Source: an archaeon
GTDB lineage: Archaea; Iainarchaeota; Iainarchaeia; Iainarchaeales; CSSED10-239
DNA: 32,000 nucleotides
Assembly: GCA_035357435.1 (NCBI GenBank)
Contig: DAOPNM010000001.1
Span: 8,448 to 40,447, forward strand
Reading direction: 5' to 3'
Part shown: piece by piece, positions 15,914 to 25,300 of the stretch
Position numbering within the stretch: position 1 is the first letter of the stretch
How the letters are laid out: every line of letters starts with the position of its first letter
The notes under the pieces: model-generated
Databases searched by the model: none
Seen by the model: only the letters and a program-made list of their open reading frames with translations
What the model was told of the DNA's origin: nothing
Made by a program: the position numbers and the translations under genes

Positions 15914-15947
15914 AGTTTGTCACAGATATATATTATTAACAAACATC

Positions 15948-16496
15948 TTAAAAGGGGATTACTTTTTTCCCACATTTACAAGGAATTATTTTTATTTTTG
16001 CATTATTAAATTTTTCATTAATTAGACTTTCTGGGTTTAATAAATATAATAATATTGCTAATGAGGCTACTTCACTATGTGGTTGATTTGTTACTGAAAT
16101 ATTATAGTCTGCTAATTCATAATATTCTTTTTGAACTTTTGGTCCACCTATTATTATTAAAAAATTTTTCTTTTTTTTAATTTTTTTTAGTTCATCTATT
16201 TTATCAATTATTTTTTCTCCATACATTGTAAGATGAATTATTATTGTATTTTTCTTTTTTTCTTTTTTTATGAATTCAATAGGTTTTGATATATATTTTA
16301 TATTGTATTTTCCTCCCCAGTTTTTAGAAATATTTTTTATTGTCATTATTAGTTTTTTATCATTTACACCTGAAAAATAGAATGAATCGGCAAGGAATGC
16401 TCTCCCTACTAGTGCACAATGTGTTGTAATTCTTTTATCCCTTTCTGGTCTGTGGTTTAGTTTTAACACATTTGTTTTATAAATGTTTTTAGACAT
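15948..16496 (-). CDS. trm56: tRNA (cytidine56-2'-O)-methyltransferase aTrm56 (SPOUT family)
   Basis: Close motif-by-motif resemblance to archaeal aTrm56: LKLNHRPERDKRITTHCALVGRAF, NWGG, HLTMYG, IIIGGPKVQKEYYELADYNISVTNQPHSEVASLAILLYLL. Confidence 0.85.
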   Translation of the reverse strand: MSKNIYKTNVLKLNHRPERDKRITTHCALVGRAFLADSFYFSGVNDKKLIMTIKNISKNWGGKYNIKYISKPIEFIKKEKKKNTIIIHLTMYGEKIIDKIDELKKIKKKKNFLIIIGGPKVQKEYYELADYNISVTNQPHSEVASLAILLYLLNPESLINEKFNNAKIKIIPCKCGKKVIPF

Positions 16497-16581
16497 ATTT
16501 ATTTATATAATAATATATATTTTAAATATATACGTACCAAGATTATATCAGCAACTGTCTTCTATTGTTATAAATTTAAAA

Positions 16582-16656
16582 GGGCTCGTAGCTCAGTTTG
16601 GTTAGAGCACAAGACTCTTAATCTTGGTGTCGTGGGTTCAAATCCCACCGAGCTCA
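16582..16656 (+). tRNA. tRNA-Lys (anticodon CTT)
   Basis: Hand-folded cloverleaf: GGGCTCG-TA-GCTC..GAGC-A-CAAGA-CTCTTAA-TCTTG-GTGTC-GTGGG-TTCAAAT-CCCAC-CGAGCTC-A. 75 nt, no CCA encoded. Confidence 0.93.
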
Positions 16657-16671
16657 TGTGTTTTACAATAT

Positions 16672-16745
16672 GGGTCTGTAGCTCAGTTTGGCAGAGCACC
16701 GGACTTTTAATCCGGGTGTCGTGGGTTCAAATCCCACCAGGCTCA
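16672..16745 (+). tRNA. tRNA-Lys (anticodon TTT)
   Basis: Cloverleaf: GGGTCTG-TA-GCTC..GAGC-A-CCGGA-CTTTTAA-TCCGG-GTGTC-GTGGG-TTCAAAT-CCCAC-CAGGCTC-A. 74 nt. It starts 15 nt after the previous tRNA. Confidence 0.93.
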
Positions 16746-16748
16746 TTT

Positions 16749-16822
16749 GGGACCATAGCTCAGTCTGGGAGAGCAATAGGCTGAAGACCTATGTGTCGTG
16801 GGTCCAAATCCCACTGGTCCCA
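16749..16822 (+). tRNA. tRNA-Phe (anticodon GAA)
   Basis: Cloverleaf: GGGACCA-TA-GCTC..GAGC-A-ATAGG-CTGAAGA-CCTAT-GTGTC-GTGGG-TCCAAAT-CCCAC-TGGTCCC-A. 74 nt. Only 3 nt separate it from tRNA-Lys(TTT), implying a polycistronic precursor. Confidence 0.93.
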
Positions 16823-16830
16823 TTATGCAA

Positions 16831-16840
16831 TTCTGTTTTT
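16831..16840 (+). terminator. Oligo-T terminator candidate after the tRNA cluster
   Basis: TTCTGTTTTT begins 9 nt after the tRNA-Phe 3' end. Confidence 0.35.
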
Positions 16841-16866
16841 AAAGTGTTTTAAATATAGTGTGTATT

Positions 16867-19374
16867 ATGCAGGATCAATTACTTACCCCTATGATGAAAC
16901 AGTATCTTCAAGTAAAAAAGCAATATCCTGACGGTATTCTTTTATTTAGGGCTGGGGATTTTTATGAAATGTTTTATGATGATGCAAAAGTTGCATCAGA
17001 AATACTAAATATTACATTAACAAAAAGAGGGAAAGGCAAAACAGAAGCTCCATTAGCAGGGATTCCTTATCATTCAGTAGACCCTTATATTTCAAAACTT
17101 ATAAAACATGGGAAAAAAGTAGTTATTTGTGAACAGATTGAAGATCCCAGATTTGCAAAAGGTGTTGTGAAACGTGCAGTTTCAAGAATTATTACACCAA
17201 GTTCTTTGTTTACAGATGCTTATGAAAATAATTTTTTGTGTTCTATTTCTTTAATTAATGGGGTTTATGGTTTTTCTATATTAGATATAACTACTGGTGA
17301 TTTTAAAGTTAAAGCAATGGATGGTATAGATGAGTTATTAAATGAATTAACTTTAATTAAACCAAAGGAATTGGTTCTTACAAAGAATATTTTAAAAAAT
17401 TCAGATTTAATTGATTTAATTAAAAAAACAATTCCTAATGTTATTATTAATTATTCAGAGAATATAGATGTATCTAAATCTTATGAGTTATTAAAAAATC
17501 ATTTTAATTTACATAGTTTAGAAAGTTTTGGTTTAGAAAATAGGCCTGAATTAATAGTTTCTGCACAAAATGCTTTACAGTATTTGAAAGAAACACAGTT
17601 TTCTGATTTAAGTTATATTACGACTATTACTCAACTTAATACAGATAAATATTTAAAATTAGATAGAAAAACTGCACGTCATTTAGAGCTTGTGAATAAT
17701 TTAAGAGACAATTCTGTAAAATATACTCTTTTCCACACAATAAATAATACAAAGACACCAATGGGACATAGGAAGTTATATTTTGATATCTTGCATCCAT
17801 TTTCTGATATTAATTTTCTTAATATGCAATTAGATTGTGTAGATGAGCTTTTTAATAATGTTTTTATGCAGCAGGAACTTTCTAATTTATTAGTTTATGT
17901 TGGTGATATAGACAAAATTATTAGTAAGATTGGTTTTGGGAATGCAAATCCAAGAGATTTAATTGCATTAAAGCAAAGTTTATTTATTTTGCCACAAATA
18001 AAGCAGGCATTATCTAAATCTAGTTCTGTTAGGTTAAAGTTTATTTTTGAGAATTTAATTGAATTGAATGACGTTGTAGATCTTTTAGAAAAAGCAATTG
18101 TTGATGACCCTCCATTTAGTGTAAGAGAAGGTAAATTTATTAAACCTAGTTTTTCTCAAGAATTAAGTGATATCATAAATTTACATAAAACTATAAATTC
18201 TTGGTTGCTTGAATATGAAGAAAAGTTAAGGCAAGAGACCAATATTAAATCTCTTAAAATAAAATATAATAAAGTTTTTGGGTATTATATAGAAATTCCA
18301 AAGTCTCAAACAAAAACAATTCCTGATTTTTTTGAAAGAAAACAAACATTAGTTAATTCTGAAAGGTATACAACAAAAGAATTACAAGACAAAGAAAATA
18401 CTTTGTTAAATACAAAAGAAAAAAGGGTTGTATTGGAGTTTGAGATTTTTCAAAATGTTTGTAAACAATTATTGTCTTTCCAAGAGAATATTTTAAATAT
18501 TTCTAAACTGCTTGCTGATTTGGATGTGTGTTTGTCTCATGCAATTACAAGTAGTTTAAATAATTATTGTAAACCAGCATTAACAGAAAACGATATTATT
18601 TTTTTTAAAGATTTAAGGCATCCTGTTTTGGAAAAAATAATTTCTTTTATACCTAATGATTGTTATTTAAATAATACTACGCAAAGAACAATGGTAATTA
18701 CTGGCCCTAACATGGCTGGGAAAAGCAGTTATATGAGAAGCGTATGTCTTGCAGTAATTCTTGGACACATTGGGTGCTTTGTGCCTTCTTCTGAGGCAAT
18801 AATTGGTAAAGTAGATGGTATATTTACGCGTGTTGGTGCATCAGATGACATATTACATGGGCAAAGTACTTTTTTGACAGAAATGTCAGAGGTTGCATAT
18901 ATTTTAAATAATGCCACACAAAATAGTCTTGTTGTTTTAGATGAAATAGGTAGAGGGACAAGCACCTATGATGGTTTGAGTTTGGCTTGGGCTATTGTTG
19001 AAGAGTTGAATAATAATATTAAATGTAAAACACTTGTTGCAACACATTATCATTTATTAAATAAAATGGAGGAGTTATATGAAGGGGTTGTAAATTATCA
19101 TGTAACTGCAAAAGAAGAAGGTAATTCTTTATTATTTTATCATAAACTTCAAAAAGGCGGGATTAACAAAAGTTATGGTATACAAGTTGCAAAAATGGCA
19201 GGCATTTCAAATAAGGTAATAGAACGTGCAATGTTAATACAAAGAGATTTAGAGGAAGATGCTTTTTTGAAGACAGATACAAATGTTTCTGTTAAATCAG
19301 GTGATGCTAATAAAAAACAAGATCTGAAAAATGTTTTGTTTAAGAAAGAGCAAAAAACAATTTATGATTATTGA
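16867..19374 (+). CDS. mutS: DNA mismatch repair protein MutS (bacterial MutS1 type)
   Basis: Mismatch-binding Phe-x-Glu context TPMMKQYLQVKKQYPDGILLFRAGDFYEMFYDDA. Walker A GPNMAGKSSYMRS, Walker B LVVLDEIGRGTSTYDG, and THYH. The track start is GTG 16858, but ATG 16867 (MQDQLLTPMM) matches the family N-terminus better. Confidence 0.92.
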   Translation: MQDQLLTPMMKQYLQVKKQYPDGILLFRAGDFYEMFYDDAKVASEILNITLTKRGKGKTEAPLAGIPYHSVDPYISKLIKHGKKVVICEQIEDPRFAKGVVKRAVSRIITPSSLFTDAYENNFLCSISLINGVYGFSILDITTGDFKVKAMDGIDELLNELTLIKPKELVLTKNILKNSDLIDLIKKTIPNVIINYSENIDVSKSYELLKNHFNLHSLESFGLENRPELIVSAQNALQYLKETQFSDLSYITTITQLNTDKYLKLDRKTARHLELVNNLRDNSVKYTLFHTINNTKTPMGHRKLYFDILHPFSDINFLNMQLDCVDELFNNVFMQQELSNLLVYVGDIDKIISKIGFGNANPRDLIALKQSLFILPQIKQALSKSSSVRLKFIFENLIELNDVVDLLEKAIVDDPPFSVREGKFIKPSFSQELSDIINLHKTINSWLLEYEEKLRQETNIKSLKIKYNKVFGYYIEIPKSQTKTIPDFFERKQTLVNSERYTTKELQDKENTLLNTKEKRVVLEFEIFQNVCKQLLSFQENILNISKLLADLDVCLSHAITSSLNNYCKPALTENDIIFFKDLRHPVLEKIISFIPNDCYLNNTTQRTMVITGPNMAGKSSYMRSVCLAVILGHIGCFVPSSEAIIGKVDGIFTRVGASDDILHGQSTFLTEMSEVAYILNNATQNSLVVLDEIGRGTSTYDGLSLAWAIVEELNNNIKCKTLVATHYHLLNKMEELYEGVVNYHVTAKEEGNSLLFYHKLQKGGINKSYGIQVAKMAGISNKVIERAMLIQRDLEEDAFLKTDTNVSVKSGDANKKQDLKNVLFKKEQKTIYDY

Positions 19375-19380
19375 GAATGT

Positions 19381-21114
19381 ATGATTCATATAAAAAAATT
19401 GTCATTAGATACAATAAATTTGATTAGTGCAGGTGAAGTTATTGAATCCCCTGCAGATGTTTTAAAGGAGTTATTAGAGAATTCTATAGATGCGGGTTCT
19501 ACAGATATTAATGTTGAAGTAAAGGGGGCCGGTGTTGATTTAATTCTAATTAAAGATAATGGTTCTGGTATTTCAAAAGAGGATTTGCCATTAAGTATAG
19601 AAAGACACGCCACAAGTAAATTGTTGTCAATTAATGATTTGTTTAGTTTAGAAAGTTATGGGTTTAGAGGTGAAGCATTAGCAAGTATAAATGCAGTTTC
19701 AAAGTTGTCAATTATTAGTTCTATAGATACTTCTGGTAAAGGATATCTTTTAGAGAATGGTGTTATTAAGGAAGTTAGTGCAAATAAGGGTACTGCAATC
19801 ATAGTAAAAGATTTATTTTATAATTTGCCTGTAAGAAAAAAATTTTTAAAATCAAAATCTTTTGAATTTTCTAGTTTGTACAATGTTTTTTTAGCATATG
19901 TTTTATCTAATCCTAATATTAGATTTACATTTGTTTCAGAAAAAAGAAATGTGGTTTTCCCAGAGTCTACTCAAGAGAATAGATTTATCCAAGTTTTTGG
20001 GAAGGATGTTTTATCTAAAACATTGCCAGTAAATATTTCTAATGATTTGTTTAATGTTCAAGGAATAATAAGTAATCCAAAAAATTTATTTTATTACCCT
20101 ACTAATTTTTTATATATTAATAAAAGGTTTGTATACTCTCCACAAATTTATAAAGCAATTGCCAGTGCATATAAAGATTATTTAATGGTCCAACAAAAAC
20201 CATTTTTTGTTTTGTCTTTTATTTTAGATAAACATACTGTTGATGTAAATGTACACCCTAAAAAGAAAGAAGTAAAATTACAGAATGGGCTACTGGTTTT
20301 AATGGAATTTAAAAAAGAGTTAACAAAATTGTTTAATGAATCAAATTTTGGTGGCCAAAATAATGCATCTTATATTAAACCATTAGATAATTTTTCTATT
20401 TTAGAGAAGGCCCCTTTTTTTATAAAAGACGGGTTAGCTAATAAATCTAATATGGCTTATAATAGTTATTCTACAAATTTCTCTGCCCAAACATATTTTA
20501 CAGATCAAACAGTAGATAAGCAATTAGTTTTAAATGGGCACATTATTACAAAAATTTTTGGGCAAATAGATAACACATATATACTTTGTGAAACAAAAGA
20601 TGGTTTTTTAATAATTGATCAACACGCTGCTGATGAAAGAATTAATTTAGAAAAGAACAGAAAAGTTTTTGAAACAAATTTTGAAAAGCAGAATTTGGTT
20701 GTAAAGAAACCATTAGTTAATTTGTCTGATTATCAGAAAGAGATTATTACAAAGTATATGTCTATTTTTAATAAACTTGGTTTTGATTTTTCATTTGTTG
20801 AAGATAATATTTATTTGATTTCTATTCCTTCTTTTTTAAATAATTATTTTGATACCACTTTCTTTTTAGATCTGTTAGCATCATTTGAGGAGGGAGATGT
20901 AGATACAATAGATGTTGCAAAAGACAGAATTATAAAATTAATGTCTTGTAAGCAATCAGTTAAAGCAAATCACCCTCTTTTTTATCCAGAGATTGTTGCA
21001 TTGATTAATAATTTAGAATCGTGTAAAGATAAAACAATTTGTGCACATGGCAGACCAACAATGGTTTTTGTTTCTATATCAGATTTAGAGAAGATGTTTA
21101 AAAGAGTTGTTTAG
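19381..21114 (+). CDS. mutL: DNA mismatch repair protein MutL, endonuclease-proficient type
   Basis: GHKL ATPase motifs (VLKELLENSIDAGST, DNGSGI, GFRGEAL). C-terminal endonuclease motif DQHAADERINLE plus SCK (MSCKQSVKAN) and CAHGRPT motifs. It starts 6 nt after mutS. Confidence 0.9.
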   Translation: MIHIKKLSLDTINLISAGEVIESPADVLKELLENSIDAGSTDINVEVKGAGVDLILIKDNGSGISKEDLPLSIERHATSKLLSINDLFSLESYGFRGEALASINAVSKLSIISSIDTSGKGYLLENGVIKEVSANKGTAIIVKDLFYNLPVRKKFLKSKSFEFSSLYNVFLAYVLSNPNIRFTFVSEKRNVVFPESTQENRFIQVFGKDVLSKTLPVNISNDLFNVQGIISNPKNLFYYPTNFLYINKRFVYSPQIYKAIASAYKDYLMVQQKPFFVLSFILDKHTVDVNVHPKKKEVKLQNGLLVLMEFKKELTKLFNESNFGGQNNASYIKPLDNFSILEKAPFFIKDGLANKSNMAYNSYSTNFSAQTYFTDQTVDKQLVLNGHIITKIFGQIDNTYILCETKDGFLIIDQHAADERINLEKNRKVFETNFEKQNLVVKKPLVNLSDYQKEIITKYMSIFNKLGFDFSFVEDNIYLISIPSFLNNYFDTTFFLDLLASFEEGDVDTIDVAKDRIIKLMSCKQSVKANHPLFYPEIVALINNLESCKDKTICAHGRPTMVFVSISDLEKMFKRVV

Positions 21115-22286
21115 AATCTAACTAACCAAATATATAATATTATCATTATTCCAATTAATATACACAAAATGATTGTTTCGTTTTTATTTTCTGCCATAGA
21201 GTTTATTGTGTTTGTTTCTGTTACTATGCTTTTTGTATTTGTGTTTTCTTTATATGTTATGTTGAAATATAGAGGGAATTCTCCAGTTTCTGTAGTTTTT
21301 ATTTTAAAAGGGATACTTATTGTATCTCTCCCTTTTAATATAGGTATTTCTTGTGAATCCATTAAGATGTTTCCATTAAATTCTGGGATGATATATATGC
21401 TGTTTAATTCTTTTTCGGAAATGTTTCTAATTATTAGTTTCCCATTTGTTTCTTGATTTTTTATAGTGTTTGTAGGAACATCTGTGTATGCTTGTATTTT
21501 TGTATCTGGGTCTTGTATTTCAATAACTTGTTGTTTTGTATATATTATGTGTGTTTCTCCAAATTCATCAGTGTATTTTAATATTGCCCTTGGTGTAATG
21601 TATGATGTTTGTTTTGTTGGTTTTATATAATATGATAACTCTTTTGTTTCTCCTGCTTTTATTATTCCAGAATATTCTGTAGTTCCAGATATGTTTTCTA
21701 AATTTGATAGTTCTAAGAATATTTCTTTTGCATTTATTATTTCTATGTTTGCATCGTCATACCCGCTGTTTGTAACATGTATTTGAATAGTCAATATGTT
21801 TTGTGTGTAATCATATTCTGAAAGTGTTTGATAAAAATCCATTTCATTAAATTTTGGTAATAAGTAGTTCCCAATTTTACTTTCTTTTGAGATAATTAGT
21901 TCTGGCAAGAATTTGTTGTTTACACATATTGTTAGTGTGTTTTTCTTTTGCAAATTTATATTTTCTTTTTTAAATATGTTGTTTTCTTTTATATTTTTGT
22001 CTTTTATTTCTCCAATTTTTTCATTATTTAGATAAATGTTTATTTCTACGCCTGAGTTTATTGGTATATAATTTTTTATTTTTATTTGTGTTACAAATGT
22101 AGCATTTTCTGTTGTGTTTAGTTCATTAAAATCATAGTTTTTACATATGTTTGTGTCTTTTACAAAACTAAAATCATTCTCTCCTAGTTCATAAAATGTT
22201 TTTTCATCTATACTTGCAGCGTGTATGGTGCTTGTAAAAAATATGAGTGTAAATATAATTAATATTATTTTATTTTGGTTTTTCAT
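21111..22286 (-). CDS. Secreted, C-terminally membrane-anchored surface protein with CARDB/COG1361 S-layer-like beta-sandwich repeats (hypothetical)
   Basis: Signal peptide KIILIIFTLIFFTSTIHA/AS. Segments such as LTIQIHVTNSGYDDANIEIINAKE...IIKAGETKELSYYIKPTK and DTISIPFKIKTTETGEFPLYFNITY resemble CARDB/NEW3-type domains. C-terminal TM helix TIILCILIGIMIILYIWLV. Its stop codon overlaps the mutL stop (TTAG). Confidence 0.6.
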   Translation of the reverse strand: MKNQNKIILIIFTLIFFTSTIHAASIDEKTFYELGENDFSFVKDTNICKNYDFNELNTTENATFVTQIKIKNYIPINSGVEINIYLNNEKIGEIKDKNIKENNIFKKENINLQKKNTLTICVNNKFLPELIISKESKIGNYLLPKFNEMDFYQTLSEYDYTQNILTIQIHVTNSGYDDANIEIINAKEIFLELSNLENISGTTEYSGIIKAGETKELSYYIKPTKQTSYITPRAILKYTDEFGETHIIYTKQQVIEIQDPDTKIQAYTDVPTNTIKNQETNGKLIIRNISEKELNSIYIIPEFNGNILMDSQEIPILKGRDTISIPFKIKTTETGEFPLYFNITYKENTNTKSIVTETNTINSMAENKNETIILCILIGIMIILYIWLVRF

Positions 22287-22393
22287 AGTTTTCCCTCATA
22301 GATCTGTTTTTGTTGTGTTGATGTGATTATGATTAATAATATATAATAACAAATATATTTAAAAATTGAATTTAATATTTGGTTTTAGTAAAT

Positions 22394-25300
22394 TTATGTG
22401 TGTCTTATTACTTTCATTCTTTTTTCTTGATAGTCTATCTTTTTTTTCTTTTTTGAGTTGTCTGCTCTAAAAAAGAAGTACATTATCAAAAAAATACATA
22501 AAATTATTCCGACTGTTGCAATTTGAATGTTTTTTTGATTTTTTTGTGGTTCTTTTACTGTTGCATTTGATAATAATGAAATTGCAGTTAAGTATTTTCC
22601 TTTATTATATTCTTCTTTTGCATTTTCTATTAATGTATCTATTTCTTTATTTTTGTAAATTTTGTTTTCTTCAATTTTTTTGTCTATTGTTTGTTGTGCA
22701 TCTTTCTTTATTTGATTATATCCTTTTTCTAATAGGTTTTTCTCCTCATATATCTCTTTTAATCTGGTTGTTGTTTCTGGAGAGATTGCATCTATTATTT
22801 TTAAATATTCTTTTTTTGAGTATGCTTCTTTTAATTCAGTAAGTTCGTTGTCTAATGTTGCTGTATCTAGAAATTTGATTTTTTTTTCTAATCGTTCTGC
22901 ATCTGTTGTTGTAATTGGTGGGAAGTAGTTTATGTCATATATTTCTTGAAGTGTATATTCTTCAAATATATAATACACTTTTTCTATTAGTTCGTTTATT
23001 TCTTTTACATCCAATCCTTCCATAATTTGTGTAATTTCTGAATATATTCTTTTTGCATTTTTTTCTATCTCTCCATTTATTTTTTTATCTATTTCTGGAA
23101 TTAATGTCTCTTCTTTTTTTTCTATAAGTTCATTGATTAGTTTGTTGGTTTCAGGGGAGTTAAGATCATATTCTTCTAAAATATTTTTATAATACACTAT
23201 ATTTTTGTCTATATTTTGTTTTGTTTCTTCAATTTTTTGTTCTTTGTTTGCTTCTTGTTTTAATTTTATGTTTAATATTTTGTTGTATGCCTCTTGTATG
23301 TTGTTATATTTTATTTCATCAATTCCATTTATTTCTTGTTTGTCTTCTGTTGATAAATTCATTTTGTTTAATTCTTCAAGTGTTATAAAATATTGCTCTT
23401 CAATTGTTTCTAGTTTTTGTTCTAGCGTTTTTATTTCTTCTATTTTTGGTTGATAGTTATATATTTGTTTTATTTCTTCAATAGTGTATTGTTCTTTCCA
23501 CTGAATGTTTTTAGATTCTTTAAAATATTCATTTGCTAGATTTTGTATTTCTTTGAATCTTGAATTTTGTAGCCTTGTTATTTCTGCGATTGTTTGATTT
23601 ATTTCATTAATGATGTCATCTGTATTTTTTAAAATTTGTATTTCATATGTTTTTGCTTCATTAGGATTTATTTCAATGTTTATTCTTATATCTCCTTCAA
23701 CGTTTATGGTATCTTTAGTTTTGTTGTTTTCTTTTAATATAAACGTGTCTTGTAGATTTAGGTGATATATATCTATTTCCCCTGTGATTTGTTTTTCATA
23801 ATTGTTTTTTATAATAAATTTTTCTTTAATAATGTATCTTTCTTTGTTTAGGTTTTCTATATTTTGTAATAGGTTTGTTTTTTCTAATAGTTTTTTTGTA
23901 TAATATATTTTGTTTTCTTTTTGAGTAATGTATGTTATTTCTTCTCCATTTATATCTACTTCTTTTGAAATTAATTGTATATATTCTCCAATGTATATAT
24001 GGTCTTTTATGCCAATTACTTGATTTTTTATTGTTGTTTCAAGTAAGCATTCATTTAATCCCAAACTAATTATTTTTGTTGTTATTTCTTTTTTGTTTGT
24101 GTATGTTATTTTATAGTAATTTTCTCCAGGGTATAGTGTGGTAATTACAAGTTTGTTTGTTTTTTTAATAATCTCATTTCCATTTATTTCCAATTCATTA
24201 TATTTTATGTCCGGTGCAATTGTGATGTCATTTAATTCAAATGAGAATAGGTTTTTTATTTTTAAATAATATTCTCCATTTAAATATGTTATTTCATAAT
24301 TGTTTTGGATGTGTTTGTTTTCTTGTATTTTACACAGTTCAATTAGTGCTGTATATATATCCGTCTGTTCTTGTATTTTTTTGTCGATGTCTAATATTTT
24401 ATCTATGTTTGTTTCTTTTTCAATTTTTTTAATTTTTTCATTATGACTTATTATTTCTTGAATGTTTAAATAGTCATCATTATCTATTGCACTTTCCAGT
24501 TCATATATTATTTTTTTGTTTTTTGTTATAAGTTCTTTTAATAACTTTATTTTTGTATAGTGTTCTAGTTTATAGTTTAAATTGTTTATTATTGATTGAC
24601 ATTTGTTATCGTCTATTTCTTTTATATAAATCCCGTTTAGTTCTTCAAATAATCCTGTTTTTTGTAATTGGTCTAGTTTGTTTACACAATCACTAATGTT
24701 TAGATTATTTTTTATTTGATCACATATCTCTTTTTTATTTAAGTTATTGTTTTCTTTCTCATAGTTTTCAATTAAATAGTTTAAATATATGTTGTTTTTT
24801 TCTTTTGCATTTTCTATTATATTGTTACATTCTGTTGTTTCTTGTGTGATTTTTTCATTTAAATTAATTTCTTCTATTTTGTTTTTTTCAATATCTAAGT
24901 TTATATCTTTTAGTGTTGCTAAATATTCTCCAAATGTTAAATTTTTGTATTCAAATAAATATTTTGAATTTAGATATTTTTGTTTTGTTTGTTCATCAAG
25001 GTAGTTTTGATTGTCATAGATGTATTTTTCTAAGTTAGTTATTTTGTTGTATATTGTATCTAAATCAGTATTTATTTTGTTAGTGATTGTAATAAATTGT
25101 GTGCTTAGTGAGTTTTTGTTTCCAATGATTCTATCAAGTGTTAAATAAAGATTATAGTTGTCCGCCTTTTCTAAGTTTATATTTATTTTTTTAAGTGTTG
25201 TTATGTTTGAAAATTTCCCAAATGCATATGTTATAGATGGTGTAATAACAGGAACAACAGCATCACTTGACGCTTGTGTTGATACATTTAAGTAGTATGC

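Noticed and set aside
15351-15931. The 12-mer TCACAGATATAT occurs at both ends of the tfe gene (15351-15362 at the stop, 15920-15931 just upstream of the start).
   Set aside because: It is a single short pair, one copy is coding, and there is no further extension of identity. It is compatible with chance in AT-rich sequence.
16847-16857. TTTTAAATATA as the mutS promoter.
   Set aside because: It is centred only about 15 nt from ATG 16867, too close for standard archaeal TATA-to-TSS spacing. mutS may be read through from the tRNA cluster or start at a later Met, so I did not annotate it.
21111-21114. Overlapping convergent stop codons of mutL (TAG) and the 391-aa surface-protein gene (TAA) within TTAG.
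   Set aside because: It is real, but it is just a consequence of genome compaction. No regulatory significance can be argued from the sequence.
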